A DNA stretch of 64,000 nucleotides from Mustelus asterias (taxonomy: Eukaryota): positions 51,832,001 through 51,896,000 of the forward strand of contig NC_135811.1 of NCBI RefSeq assembly GCF_964213995.1, in the 5' to 3' direction. Made by a program: the position numbers and the translations under genes. A model generated the notes under the pieces. The model had not been told where the DNA came from. It saw only the letters and a list, made by a program, of their open reading frames with translations, and did not search any database. Positions 23,960 through 37,513 of the stretch are shown here, piece after piece. Each line of letters opens with the position of its first letter. Within the stretch, counting starts at the first letter, position 1.

Positions 23960-26400
23960 AGGGATATTGTCAGAATATCCAACAAAATTCCCCAGTTTGC
24001 AGCTGACCTACTATCCAAATGTTTAAACAGCGTACAGAGTATGAATTCTTGATTCAGGTGTGTCTGAACTAGACAAGCAAGCTATAAAACTTCACCTAGC
24101 AATTGGGAATGAAGATTTACACAGGCTGAACACATCAGGATTAATAGAGGAAAATCTACATCCCCAAAGAAATAAAGACATTGAAAGACTGATTCAGAAT
24201 CAGGTTAAACTTCCATGTTCATCAACTAGAATTCATGTCATTTTGACAACAGCCCACAGAATCCATAGACCACTTTGTCAGCAGATCTGAGGAAAGGGGA
24301 CAGGCTGCAATTTTTCAGAAGCAGAGTTAGCAGATAGCATTGTTGAGTTGGTGATTGCCTCCACTCCCACGGAAGCATTCCAGAAAGATCTGCGAGACAA
24401 ACTCAAAAATGTAGAGCATTGAGGAGCTATTCAAAGAAGTGATCCTCGCAGGTCGACAACAAATGCACTCGAACATCTAAACTTAGCAAGACATGGAAGG
24501 TGCGGACTTATGCAGGCACCAAGGAAATGCTCAGCTTTTCACTAATTTTACAAAGTATGTGGCAAAGTGGGCCATTGACAGCAGTAGTGTACTAGAGCAA
24601 AGACTGATGCAGCTATAAAGAACCATGCACTGGTCCAAACAGATCATACACAATGGATAATAAGAATGACCATTCAGTTTCCCATCAGAAACATACACAT
24701 GAGATGACTGACAAATGAGAAAATAACGATAATGTGCACAATGAGAAGAAGAACAGTGAATCCATGTTTCACACCATTGATCTTGTGGAAAACATCAGAC
24801 CAACCAATGTTTCTGCCAAGATTCAAATTATCTGCCTGAAGAAAGCTGGTAACTATTTGTTATTGTCGAGACTGACACAGTTGCAAATGCCAACGTACTA
24901 CCTCTGCAAATTCTAAAAGACATGTATACACAGATACAGAACCTACTACTGTGAAACTTCCATCTAATTCTGTGTGTAGGATCCATAGTCTTGAAGGGCA
25001 AGAACAATCAATTCTTTTGGGTGTCACAGATGTTCTACATCATGGAAACTAAAGACACAGAAATTGCAGGTCTACCCGGCAGGTCGTGACTTCAATAATC
25101 ATAATCCACAGAATAAGTCAGGCACCTCAAGGCAGATTAACTTCAGAAACTACACTTGCCATCTCAGTTCACAACCTAACATCAAAATACTCAGAGTGTT
25201 TCAAAAGGATTGGCAGTTTCAAGGGAGGTGCAATATTGCACTTGCAAGAGAATGCAAGTCAGTCAATTGATCCACCATGTAAGTGCAGCATCCAGGTAAA
25301 AGACAAATTGAAGGGCGAACTAGACAAAATGGAGAAGGATGGAAGCATTAGAAGAATACAAGAGCGCACAGATTGATGTACCTGAATCACATGTGGCATA
25401 GAGGAGGGCGGATCATTGAGAGTATGTCTCCATGCATAACTTTTAAACACAGCTTTGAAACATTGTCCTCAAAAAATACCCACATTCGAAGAGTTAAATC
25501 TGTGATTTGAAGATGTAAAATTCTTTTTGAAGCTTGATGCCAAGCAAGGTTATTAGTCAATACTCCTCATGGAGAAATCCCAAGAGCTTACTACATTTCG
25601 TACCCCATTCAAACTGTTTTCAATGTTTAAGTTTAAGGTTATTTATTTATTATTGTCACAAGTAGGTTTACATTAACACTGCAATGAAGTTACTGTGAAA
25701 ATCCCTTAGTTGCCATGCTCCGGCGCCTGTTCGGGTACACTGGGGGAGAAATTAGCATGACCAATGCACCTACATGTCTTTGGACTGTGGGAGGAAACCG
25801 GAGCACCCGGAGGAAACCCGCACAGGCACAGGGAAAACATGCAGACTCCGCATAGACAGTGGCCCAAGGCAGGAATCGAACCCGGGTCCCTGGCCACTGT
25901 GAGACAGCAGTGCTAACCATTGTGCCACCGCGCCGCCTCATAACATCCTTTCAGGCTATTTGTTAGCTAAGATGCTTGCACTGAACCACCCTGTTTCTGT
26001 ATCACAGATAATTTGGCTGTTAGGAAAGAACAAAGCAAGAACATGATCATAATCTGCAATTATTGATGCAAGTGACATGTAGTCAATGAGATGTAATAAA
26101 CAGCCTGAAATGCAACATCAACATGCAGCAGATCAATTCCTTCAATTCTGTTTATTCCAGTGCTGGCATCTGTCCCGATCCAAGTAAAATAGAGGATTTT
26201 AAGAAGATGCCAACTTCTCAAGCTAAGGACCATCTTTTAAGATGTCTAGGCCTCTTTAATGTCTTATTTCCATACATTCCCAATTTTGCTCAGAAATCTT
26301 CTTGTTAAGAGAATTGTTGAGCCATTCCTGTGGCACAAAGACTACCACCACCGCTTCAAAGCAGTCAGTATCAGAAGCACAATAAAAACACAGCACTAGT
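23960..26400 (+). mobile_element. Decayed Ty3/Gypsy LTR retrotransposon internal region (gag-pro-RT)
   Basis: Degenerate Zn knuckles (RCGL...KCSAF...VCGKVGH*QQ*C, about 24496-24590). Protease-like TDTVANANVLP (about 24870-24905). RT pieces KLKGELDKMEKDGSIRRIQERTD, KIPTFEEL, FFLKLDAKQGY, ELTTFRTPF, and GICPDPSKIEDFKKMP..LRCLGLFNVLFPYIPNFA. Many stops and frameshifts. Confidence 0.85.
25627..25935 (-). mobile_element. SINE type B inserted in the Gypsy RT
   Basis: Full type B copy interrupting the RT just after TPF. Confidence 0.85.
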
Positions 26401-27299
26401 ACATTTTCAGTAAGACATTGAAATATTCCATTTTGCCCACCCTCTCTTTTTGAGCTGTGTTTTTATTTTATCGCCCATGCATAAAGCTGGTTTCACGATC
26501 TATTGTAGAAACATAAATGCAATAGAATGCTTTCCAGAATGATCTGCAGCCAGTCTTACATTCAGGCAGCAAGTTGAAAGCCTACTGTCTGTCCTTTTAC
26601 CATCGAAATAAAAATAGAAATGCACTGGAGTTTCCTTAATTAATTTCATTAATTGAAATTTATAACTGAATATTCAAAGACTGTCTTTGTTCTTTAATAG
26701 TTTATTGTACTTTATGTAAGATTTTTTTCCATTGATGCTGCATGTACCTTGTGGTGCCATTGAATAAGCATTCATTTCTGGGTGGTTTGAGATTGCACAT
26801 TGATATGGATGAGCACTAGACACCAAATAGAAGTTTTTAATCTCATACCCATTAATGGAAGTATCTCAATGACAAAAGGCATATGGTTAAGATGTCTATT
26901 CTGGTTCACATAGATACTTTCCTTGATGGTTTTTGCCAAAAGCTGGTTGATCTGATCTTTAATTCAACTAGTTGCCTTCCTATTGTACTCCTCACAGACG
27001 TTTTGGGATATAGACTGGGCATTGGAGCAAATAAGGTGGGCTTTGGAATTATGAAAGGGAAGGAAGGTGCAGAACAACCAAGTGCTGTGGGAACTGGATT
27101 AAAAATGGCCTGAAGAGCTCAATAAAATGTATTACATGTTTGTATCATACTTGTGTTATATATTTAATTGCTGCAATTGCCCACCCCAATAATGAATGCA
27201 ATTTTAGTCTCTGTTCTATTGCAAACTGATGCAGAGGAAGGAGTCTCACTCCACTTCACAGTCACTTTGGGTGTTTGTATTTGATATGCATGGAATATC

Positions 27300-28690
27300 T
27301 ACAAACATACAAATAGGAGCAGCCCCACTAACCTGCTCCATCCACCATTTGATAAGATTGTGCTGATCTGACTGTGTTTCAAGTTAATCATCCCCGATAA
27401 CTTTTGATTCCCTCACCTAACAAGAGTCTACCCCCACCTTAAAAATATTCAATGACCCCACCTCCACTGCCTTCTAAAGCAGAGAGTTCCAAAATCACAC
27501 AACTCCCCAAGAAAAAAAAAATCTTCGTCCCTGTCCTAAAAGGGTGACCCCTAATTTTAAAACATCTGCCCCAATTCTGGACTCACTCACCAGAGGAAAC
27601 ATCATTTCCACGCCCATCTTGTCAAGAACATTCCGGGTCATATATACTTCAAACAAGTCACCCCTCACCCTTCTAAACTCCAGTGGAAACAACCTCCGTC
27701 TGTTTAATCTTTCCTCACAAGAGGTATCAATTTAGTTAACCTCCTCTGAACTGTCTCTAAAGCATTTACATCCTTCCTTCAATAAGGAGACCAAAACTGC
27801 ACACAATATTGGAAGTGCGGTCTCGCCAATACCCTGTATAACTGAAGCATAACATCAAAGAACAAAGAAAATTACAGCACAGGAACAGGCCCTTCGGCCC
27901 TCCAAGCCTGCACCGACCATGCTGCCCGACTTAACTAAAACCCCCGACGCTTCCAGGGACCATATCCCTCCAGTCCCATCTCATTCATGTACTTGTCAAG
28001 ACGCCCCTTAAGAGTCACTACCGTATCCGTTTCCACTACCTCCACCGGCAACGGGTTCCAGGCACCCACCATTCTCTGTGTAAAAAATCTGCCTCATCCA
28101 TCTCTTTTAAAACTTGCCCTCCGCACCTTAAACCTATGCCCCCTAGTAATTGACTCTTCCACCCTGGGAAAAAGCTTCTGACTATCCACTCTGTCCATGC
28201 TTCTCATAATCTTGTAGACTTCTATCAGGTCGCCCCTCAACCTCCGTCGCTCCAGTGAGAACAAGCCAAGTTTCTCCAACCTTCTCCTCATAGCTAATGC
28301 CCTCCATGCCAGGCAACATCCTGGTAAATCTTTTCTATACCCTCTCCAAAGCCTCCACATCCTTTTGGTAGTGTGGCGACCAGAGTTGAACACCATATTC
28401 CAAGTGAGGCCTAACTAAGGTTCTATAAAGCGTCCTTTTTTTTTATGTTCAATCTCTCTCGGAAGAAAAGATAGCATTCCATTAGCCTTCTTAATTACTT
28501 GCTGTATCTGCACACTAACATTTTGTGACTCTCACACTAAAACACCGAGAACACTCTGCACCTTGGAATTCTTCAGCCATTCTCCATTTAAATGATACTC
28601 AGCTTTTTGTTCTTCCTGCCAAAGTGACTAATTTCACATTTTCCTACATTATACTCCATCTGTCAGATTTTTGCCTGCTCACTCAATGTC
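27300..28690 (-). mobile_element. Older CR1 fragment with a younger CR1 3' end nested at about 27856-28430
   Basis: Two CR1 C-terminal translations (FRRVRGDLFEVY; LGLFSLERRRLRGDLIEVYKIMR) with separate 3'UTRs. Confidence 0.85.
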
Positions 28691-29627
28691 TAGCATTGAC
28701 ACAAAGTGCTTTCAGTTTCCCGCTTGTGGAATGTGAAAATATCATTCGTCATATTTGACCCCATTAACCTTGTTCACTGAACACTGATCATTTGGCATTC
28801 ATATTCAATCTGAATCTGTCAGGATTTTTAAATCATTCGGCACCTTGCTGGTATGATTTTTTTTTATACCCAAGGGCATGCACTGGATGTAAAGCTTTTA
28901 ATCATGAACATTAATGGTCTTGAAAGTCATTGAGTACAGTACTTAAGAAGATGAAGTCGGTGGGCATTTGAAAATATCAGTAACTTGTTTAATGGAGTTT
29001 TTATGCCGAAGATTATTCTGTTATACCACACTTAGCCCATCTGTCAGTCTTTCAAAGAGCTAATTGTAACCAATCCATGCACCGATGAGAGATATCCAAA
29101 AAGCTGGCATGCACACAAAAAATGTTCCTCTCTCCTTAAATAATAGTTACAATTGAAAGTTACTAATGCCTTACAAAATGGCGATGAATGTATCTACCCT
29201 TTTCACCTATTTATTTTAATGCTGTAGCGTACAGACCATTAAATCCTGGACGTTGGTGTATCATAAGTCCTATTATTTTCTCCATCCTCCATTTCATGTT
29301 TCTTGCCCTTCTTACTCTAGCCTACTTCATTCCCCTTTGCAACCTTTAAGGTCTTTAGCTGTTTTCATACTACATTCTGAAAGTTCTTATTAAACCCTTC
29401 CACTTTGCTACATCCCAATCCCAACTTCAAAATCTACTGCCTTCAGCAAATCTTTGGTCACCACCTTAATGTTATACCTACTCATGCTTATGACGGGTTC
29501 CCTTCCACACAGTTGGTTCTCTTATCTGAAGTGCCCTGGGACATTTACTATAATGGATGAGTGAATGTCACCCGGCAGCCTATCACCTTCCTCCAAAACA
29601 TCAGCATCTCCACGACCAGTGGATCTC

Positions 29628-29768
29628 NNNNNNNNNNNNNNNNNNNNNNNNNNNNNNNNNNNNNNNNNNNNNNNNNNNNNNNNNNNNNNNNNNNNNNNNN
29701 NNNNNNNNNNNNNNNNNNNNNNNNNNNNNNNNNNNNNNNNNNNNNNNNNNNNNNNNNNNNNNNNNNNN
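29628..29768. other. Assembly gap (141 N)
   Basis: Run of n characters. Confidence 1.
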
Positions 29769-30314
29769 TCAGAGTTAGCACTGCAAGATTTGGCACTCCC
29801 CACCAGTATTGTTTCCCTCTAGGTCACTGATCTTCCTTTTCTCCTGTGAAGACAAGAATGCATTCATGAGTCGCTCCTCAGTATGCCAGAGGTTGCACCC
29901 TCCGCCCCAGTACTGCTGGTTTTAATGCCTAGGACATTACATGAGCACCCCCTTCTAGCCATGGCTGCCATCCTGTCTTGTCCCAGGTAGCCTTCTGAGG
30001 CACAGGAAGATGTGCTGACTTTAGCTCACAGCTTTACACCCTTAAGCACCACAAACTGCAAGCCTGACATAGACAGTGATGTCAGGTGAAAAGGAGTTTC
30101 ATTTCTCAGCTTAGCAGAGTGGACACCCTCTCCCAGCATTGCATCCAGGTCCTGTTTCACCCCCCCACCCCCCCTCCCGCGGACCCCTCCCCTCCCCCTT
30201 CCCCTCCCCAGCTGCTGATGTGCTGCTACTTCAGTCAAACTCTCCTTGGTCAGATGTGGAGGCCTCCTCTTGCCAAGGGAGCAGTGTTTCTCAGCAATTA
30301 CTCTGCCTGATTGA

Positions 30315-30615
30315 GGGCAGCATGGTGGTTAGCACTGCTGCCTCACAGCGCCAGAGACCCGGGTTTGATTCCCAGCTTGAGTCACTGTCTGTGCGGAGTT
30401 TGCACGTTCCCCCCGTGTCTGCATGGGTTTCCTCCGGGTGTTCCGATTTCCTCCCACAGTCTGAAAGACGTGCTGGTTAGGTGCATTGGCCATGCTAGAT
30501 TCTCCCTCTGTGTACCTGAACAGGCACCGGAGTGTGACGACTAGGGGATTTTCACAATAACTTCGTTGCAGTGTTAATGTAAACCTACTTGTGACAGTAA
30601 TAAATGAACTAAAAC
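30315..30615 (+). mobile_element. SINE type B
   Basis: Full head, core and type B tail. Confidence 0.85.
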
Positions 30616-31037
30616 TGATTGAATACCTGCAAGCAGTCATCGGAGAAGTGGGGGGATTTTTGGCTGCATGCCATCTTAGATGGCTTGCAGCTCCAGACGA
30701 CATTTCCATTATTCCTTGGCCACGTTCCCCCTGTCTTGCAACCTTGAAGGGAAATTGTTAAATTTCCATGTCCACAATACCACCCCCCCCCCCCCCCCCC
30801 CCCACCCGCCTGCAGCTGATTCAATCAAGGCACGGGCCTTGTTCTGACAACCCTCCCCTACCTCACCCATTCCGGTTGGCAGCATTGACCCACTCCAAAA
30901 GCCAGTTTCCCACAGGCCGATTGTTAATCGGACAACCAGTGCATGATTGCTGTCGGCTGCTGGTCGTAGGCTGGAACTGAGTTCATATCCGCCTCCAGGC
31001 CCACTTACCGCACACACACATGCCGAGGCAAAAATTC

Positions 31038-31302
31038 GGCACAGTGGTTAGCACTGCTGCCTCACAACGCCAGGGACCCGGGTTCAATTCCTGGCTTGGG
31101 TCACTGTCTGTGCGGAGTTTGCACCTTTTCCCCGTGCCTGTGTGCGTTTCCTCCGGGTGCTCCGGTTTCCTCCCACATTCTGAAAGATGTGCTGGTTAGG
31201 TGCATTGACCCGAACAGGCGCTGGAGTGTGACGACTAGGGGGATTTCACAGTAACTTCATTACAGTGTTAAGGTAAGCCTTACTTGTGACTACTAAACTT
31301 AA
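31038..31302 (+). mobile_element. SINE type B (internally deleted variant)
   Basis: ggtgcattgacccgaacaggcg junction. A similar short junction appears at 50322-50528. Confidence 0.8.
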
Positions 31303-32021
31303 AAAAAAAATTCAGGCCAAGGATTTAGGGCTATATTTTCCCTACGGCATGGGAAATAGAAGCTGGGACTGTTTCTGAGAGTGTAATTCCTCTATGTCCA
31401 TTCCCAAACATCCCCACGATATCCCTTGGCAATATAAAAGGAACTGAGATCCAGCATAAACTCCCAATGCCAGGCCCAATAAGTACTGGGACCTTATTAT
31501 TGGAAGGTAGCTGGCTGTACAGAAACAAACATGATGGGATTGTACTAAATCCACATTGCCAACTCATGCTCAACCAGAGGCATTATTGGAAAATTGACCC
31601 CCGCGTTATCATTTCTTTCGGTCAGGAAGTCAGTGACCTTGGTTGACCTTGTAACTTTGCCACTTCCCTCCCTCCCTCCCTCCCACCCCACACTTCCCCC
31701 ACATTCCCCTAGCCCAGTGTTGAGCAGCTGGTGAACGGACCCATGCATTTGACAAGACCACAGTTTACCTGAGTTGCCATGGCTCCTCCAAATCTTTGAC
31801 ACAGTCAATTTTATTACCTCATTTGTGCCAATTTTAGGGGCACTTATTAGGTGCAGAGAAGCTCAAAAATAGCAGCTATCTCATTTTCTGACACTCACGT
31901 GAATGACCTAACAGCTAAAGCTACCAGCCAGCAGAGGACACAGCCCATATTAATAGTGGCGACTTATTGCATCACTCCAAGTGTTGCTGCCACCTTGTCC
32001 TCTGAAATGGAAAGCTGATGA

Positions 32022-32320
32022 ATCAGAATCCCTACAGTGCAGAAGGAGGCTATTCGGCCCATCGAGCCTGCACTGACACCAATCCCACCCAGGCCCCATC
32101 CCCGTAACTTGCTAATCCCCCTGACAGTAAGGGTTAATTTAGCATGGCCAATCTACCTAACCCGCACATTTTTGGAATGTGGGAAGAAACCAGAGAAAAC
32201 CTGGAGGAAACCCACGCAGACACAGGGAGAATGTGCAAACTCCACACAGTCACCCAAGGCCGGAATTGAACCAGGGTCCCTAGCGCTATGAGGCAGCAGT
32301 GCTAACCATTGTGCCACCTG
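32022..32320 (-). mobile_element. SINE type A
   Basis: Head, core and tail. Confidence 0.85.
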
Positions 32321-32859
32321 ACACCCACGAAGCTGTAAACAGCAGGTTGGCTGGCTAATGCTGGCTCACTTAATCCAGAATGCTTTCCAATAGAATGTGT
32401 TTATGGCTTTAAATATGGAACACTTACAACAGCACAGTCTGTGAGCAATCATTTATCACAATGATAGTGACCTGGAGATTTTCAATCCAGAACTACCATC
32501 TGTTATAACAATATTCACTAGTATCAAAAGCTCAGGTATCTTAATAACCCTGAAGTCGTTATGCAAACAGCATCATGTTGTTTTTATTTGCATGTTATTC
32601 TGAACTGGTTTATCTCCAATGTCTCCAATCCATGCTGATTATACCTGTAAGTCTATGGTTTGATTTGATTTATTATTGTCACATGTATTGAGACACAGTG
32701 AAAATTGTTTCTTGCGTACTGTACAGACAAAACATAACGTTCATGCAGTACAAAGGGGAGAAGGAAGGAGAGGATACAGAATATAGCTAACCTGATCCAC
32801 TTGATCAGTGTGGTCAGATTTTTGATCAGAGGTCAGGCATTTCTGTTATTTCTCGGTCT

Positions 32860-33200
32860 GGGTACAGTAGGGTAATGGTTTTGCTCCTGGACTAATCATT
32901 CAGGGAGTGAGTTCAAATCCCACTGTGGCAATTTGTAAATCTGTATTCACTTCAAAACAATTCAGTAGTGCCCAAGAAGCAATTGGATTGTTGAAACAAA
33001 AACCAAACTGGTTTACCAGTGACCTTTAGGGTTTGATCTAACTCAGTCTGGCCGATGTGACTCAGTCCCACACCACTGTGGTTGTCTTTTAACACTCTTC
33101 TGAAGTGGCCTGGAAAGCCACACATTTGTATCAAAGCAGGGGAAATAGCGATGTACGATAAATGTTGGCTAAGCCCACATCCTGAGACTGAAAAATAAAA
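32860..33200 (+). mobile_element. Old MER131-like SINE (degenerate)
   Basis: gagttcaaatcccac...aaaccaaactggttta...gacctttaggg...ataaatgttggc; related to 41788-42132. Confidence 0.5.
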
Positions 33201-33639
33201 ATTAATGGTGAAAATTCTACGCAGGAGCCGCATCATCAAAATAAGAAGCAGATTGGATTTTGGTTAACTGTGTACGGATCTCCAACACATTACTCGCAAT
33301 TCCCTACTTTCACTGCTCAGTTGCTAAGCTGCTAATCCATAGATCTCTTGCTTAATGGTTCCCTGATCTCCTGATTCAGCACTTAGTTTCATCTGGAGAT
33401 GGGGAACGGCAGTTATTGAGCATCAGCTGAAGAAGAGAACGATCGTTTTGCTTGGATTCTGCAGGGAGCTGAAGAGAGAAACGGATATGGGAGGTTGCAG
33501 CATTAAAATAGCCAAAAATTAGAGGAACAAGTAGGAAATGTGGCAATGGAAGAGCTGCAACGTAGGACGGAAAAGGTTGCATTTTTATATTAGGGAAGAA
33601 AGCATGAAATAGGCAACAAAGATATATTATGTGAATAGA

Positions 33640-34262
33640 ACCACAGAACATTACAGCTCAGAAACAGGCCTTTTGGCCCTTCTTGGCTGTGCCGAACCAT
33701 TTTTCTGCCTAGTCCCATTGACCTGCACCTGGGCCATATCTCTCCACACCCCTCTCATCCATGTACCTGTCCAAGTTTTTCTTAAATGTTAAAAGTGAGC
33801 CCGCGTTCACCACTTCATCTGGCAGCTCATTCCACACTCCTACCACTCTCTGTGTGAAGAAGCCCCCCCGAATATTCCCTTTAAACTTTTCCCCCTTCGC
33901 CCTTAACCCATGTCCTCTAGTTTTTTTCTCCCCTAGCCTCAGTGGAAAAAGCCTGCTTGCATTCACTCTATCTATACCCATCATAATTTTATACACCTCT
34001 ATCAAATCTCCCCTCATTCTTCTACGGTCCAGGGAATAAAGTCCTAACCTATTCAACCTTTCTCTGTAACTCAGTTTCTCAAGTCCCGGCAGCATCCTCA
34101 TAAACCTTCTCTGCACTCTTTCAACCTTATTAATATCCTTCCTGCAATTAGGTGACCAAAACTGCACACAATACTCTAAATTCGGCCTCACCAATGTCTT
34201 ATACAACCTCACCATAACATTCCAACTCTTATACTCAATACTTTGATTTATAAAGGCCAATG
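33640..34262 (-). mobile_element. Young CR1 (HER1-like) 3' fragment
   Basis: Uninterrupted 183-aa ORF LYKTLVRPNLEYCVQFWSP...RGDLIEVYKIM...FFTQRVVGVWNELP, plus 3'UTR. Confidence 0.92.
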
Positions 34263-34452
34263 AAAACAGAAAATGCTGGAGAAACTCAGCAGGTCTGACA
34301 GCACCTGTGGAGAGAGAATAGAGCCAATGTTTTGCGTCTGGATGCCTGTACTTGGTTATATTCTCTCTCCGGCGATGCTGTCAGACCTGCTGAGTTTCTC
34401 CAGAGTTTCCTGTTTTTGTTTCAGATTCCAGCATCTGCAGCATTTTATCTTT
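34262..34452. mobile_element. Short inverted (hairpin-forming) family-2 repeat
   Basis: aaaacagaaaatgctggagaaactcagcaggtctgacagcacc... versus ...gatgctgtcagacctgctgagtttctccagag..ctgtttt. Confidence 0.65.
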
Positions 34453-34584
34453 ATCATATTATGCGAATGTAAGTCAGAAAGAAAATAATACAGAAAACGT
34501 AGATTGCCACCAAACAAGGATGATAAAAAATATACAAACTGGAAGTGAGATTAACAGAGGGAAATGATGGCTGTAAAACTATAA

Positions 34585-36430
34585 GACCACAAGAAATAGG
34601 AACAGGAGTAGGCCATTCAGCCCCTCGAGCGTGTTCTACCTCAGCGTGATCAGTAGGATCATGGCTGAGCCAGCATTCCTCATGTCCACTTTCCTGTCCT
34701 TTCCCCATAACCTTCCATTCCTTTACCGATCAAAAATCAATCTATCTCCACCTTAAAAATACAAGAAGTCTCCGCCCCCACAGCTCTCTGTGGCAAAGAG
34801 TTCCAAAGACACTCAACCTTCTGAGCGAAGAAATTCCTCCTCATCTCAATCTTAAATTGGCCCCCCTTTATTCTGAGATTATGTCCTCTGCTCCTAGATT
34901 CTCCCATGAGGGGAAACATCCTCTCAGCATTTACCCTGTCAAACCCCTATGTTTTAATGAGATTACCTCTCATTCTTCTAAAATCCAATGAGTAGAGTCC
35001 CAAACTGTTTAATTTTTACTCATAAGACAATCCTTCCTTACCGGGGATCATCCTAGTGAACCTTCTCTAAACTGCCTCCAATGAAATAATGGGCTGGATC
35101 TCCAACCTTGCCACAGCTGGGATTCTCTGCTCCTGCTTCTGTGAATGGAGATTTGGCTGAACGCCAAATTCTCCGTTCTCACTGGCAGCAGTGATGGGCC
35201 ATTAACTGCCAGAGAATTCCAGCCAACATCTTTCCTCAAATAAGGGGACCAAAACTGCTCTCAGTACTCCAGATGTGGTCTCACCAGTACCTTGTACAGT
35301 TGCAGCAAGACTTCCATGTTCTTATACTCCAACCCTTGTTGAAATAAGGGCCAACATTCCATTCGCCTTCCTGATTCCCTGCTGCACTTGTTGCTACCAT
35401 TCTGCGTTTTGTGCACAATCCCCCCCCTGCCCCAAGTCCCTTTGTGATGCAGCTTTCTGCAGTTTTTTTCCATTTAAATAATGTTCTGTTCTTTTGTTCT
35501 CCCTTCCAAAATTAACAACTTCACACATTATACTCCATCTGTCAAATTTTTACTTGGTTATATTCTCTCTCCGGCGATGCTGTCAGACCTGCTGAGTTTC
35601 TCCAGAGTTTCCTGTTTTTGTTTCAGATTCCAGCATTATACTCCATCTGTCAAATTTTTGCCCACTTATTTAACATAGAACATAGAACAGTACAGCACAG
35701 AACAGGCCCTCCGGCCCACGATGTTGTGCCGACCTTTATCTGAAACCAAGATCAAGCTATCCCACTCCCTATCATCCTGGTGTGCTCCATGTGCCTATCC
35801 AATAACCGCTTAAATGTTCCTAAAGTGTCTGACTCCACTATCACAGCAGGCAGTCCATTCCACACCCCAACCACTCTCTGCGTAAAGAACCTACCTCTGA
35901 TATCCTTCCTGTATCTCCCACCACGAACCCTATAGTTATGCCCCCTTGTAATAGCTCCATCCACCCGAGGAAATAGTCTTTGAACGTTCACTCTATCTAT
36001 CCCCTTCATCATTTTATAAACCTCTATTAAGTCTCCCCTCAGCCTCCTCCGCTCCAGAGAGAACAGCCCTAGCTCCCTCAACCTTTCCTCATAAGACCTA
36101 CCCTCCAAACCAGGCAGCATCCTGGTAAATCTCCTCTGCCTATCAATACCTCTTTGTAAACTGTTCGCATCCCTCTCGCAACTTTCCTTTCCAACTATTC
36201 TGTGTCATCTGCAAATTTGACTACAGTACACTCGTTTCCTTTCTCCAAGTCATTCATATATATTGTAAACAGTTGCGGTCTCAGCACTGATCCCTGTGGG
36301 ACCCTACTGGTTACAGGTCACCAACCTGAACAAGTGTCCCTTATCCCCACCCGCTGTGTCCTGCCCATTGGCCAATTCACCATCCATGCCAACATACCAC
36401 TTCCAACACCATGGGCTCTTATCTGATCCA
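34585..36430 (-). mobile_element. CR1 fragment with a nested MITE (35091-35225), a templated insertion (35551-35636) and a younger CR1 (35675-36140)
   Basis: CR1 translations [24 protein letters not shown] and MLPGLEGRSYEERLRELGLFSLERRRLRGDLIEVYK. MITE inverted ends ggctggat.tc / gagaattccagcc. Confidence 0.85.
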
Positions 36431-36891
36431 AATTTTACATGGATTGGCTGAATGGTCTTTTCCTATTGGTGTCTATCTGCTCTTGCTGAAGAGAGGTATG
36501 GAAATCATAGAGGATTATAGAAACTAAAAGGAAGGAAAAACTGAGCACAAAGCATAGGAATTAAGACAAAGCAAAGTCACGGAGGAGAATTAGTTTAAAA
36601 AGACGTTTAAACGCCAACAAATTAATACATTTCTCTGAGTGCCCGCAGCAATTGAACAAGAACACAGATTGTTTCATGGGCTGGATAGATTAAAGAAGAC
36701 ATTTGGCATTCTTTATAACGAGAAAGTAAACACATTACACAAGTCAAACTTAGTCAGGGAAAGATTTACACGGAAATTATTTTCTGAATAACCATCAATT
36801 AGAACTGCTGTGACTGTTTAACACTTGTAATTAGAACCTGTGAGCTAGACATTATTTCAGCCATAAATGAAAAGACAGTTTTGGAAATGGA

Positions 36892-37204
36892 CGGCACGGT
36901 GGCACAGTGGTTAGCACTGCTGCCTCACAGCGCCAAGAACCCGGGTTTGATTCCGGCCTCGGATCTGTGTGGAGTTTGCACATTCTCCCCGTGTCTGCAT
37001 GGGTTTCCTTCAGGTGCTCCGGTTTCCTCCCACAGTCCAACAATGTGCAGATTAGGTTGATTGGCCATGGTAAATTGACCCTAGTGTCCGGGAACTAGCT
37101 AGGATAAATATGTGGGGTTGCGGGAGTGGGGCCTGGGTGGGATTGTGGTCAGTGCAGACTCGATGGGCCGAATGGCCTCCTTCTGTACAGTGGGGATTCT
37201 ATGA
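36892..37204 (+). mobile_element. SINE type A
   Basis: Head, core and tail. Confidence 0.85.
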
Positions 37205-37476
37205 AATCTGTACAAGAATCGCCAAGAACAAAATATATGTCATGACAAAGCTTGATGTTTGCCAGGTAAAGTCACGCAATGAGGATGAGGTGTTGCTTCT
37301 GAGGTGTGATCTTGAAGAGGGAAATTGTAATTGTGTTTTAATCTGTGGCATCAAATTGACATACCTCTGACATCATAAAGCATGATGTGGAGATGCCGGC
37401 GTTGGACTGGGGTAAACACAGTAAGAAGTTTAACAACACCAGGGTAAAGTCCAACAGGTTTATTTGGTAGCAAATG

Positions 37477-37513
37477 CCACTAGCTTTCGGAGCGCTGCCC
37501 CTTCGTCAGGTGG
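37477..37513 (-). ncRNA. Minimal type I hammerhead ribozyme motif (Penelope-associated), intact core
   Basis: Minus strand: ccac CTGACGA A ggggc agc gctcc GAAA GCT A gtgg. Has stem I ccac/gtgg, stem II and a palindromic AGCT stem III, as described for PLE minimal hammerheads. Confidence 0.75.

Noticed and set aside
29522-29830. ORFs spanning a run of X
   Set aside because: Artefacts of the 141-N assembly gap.
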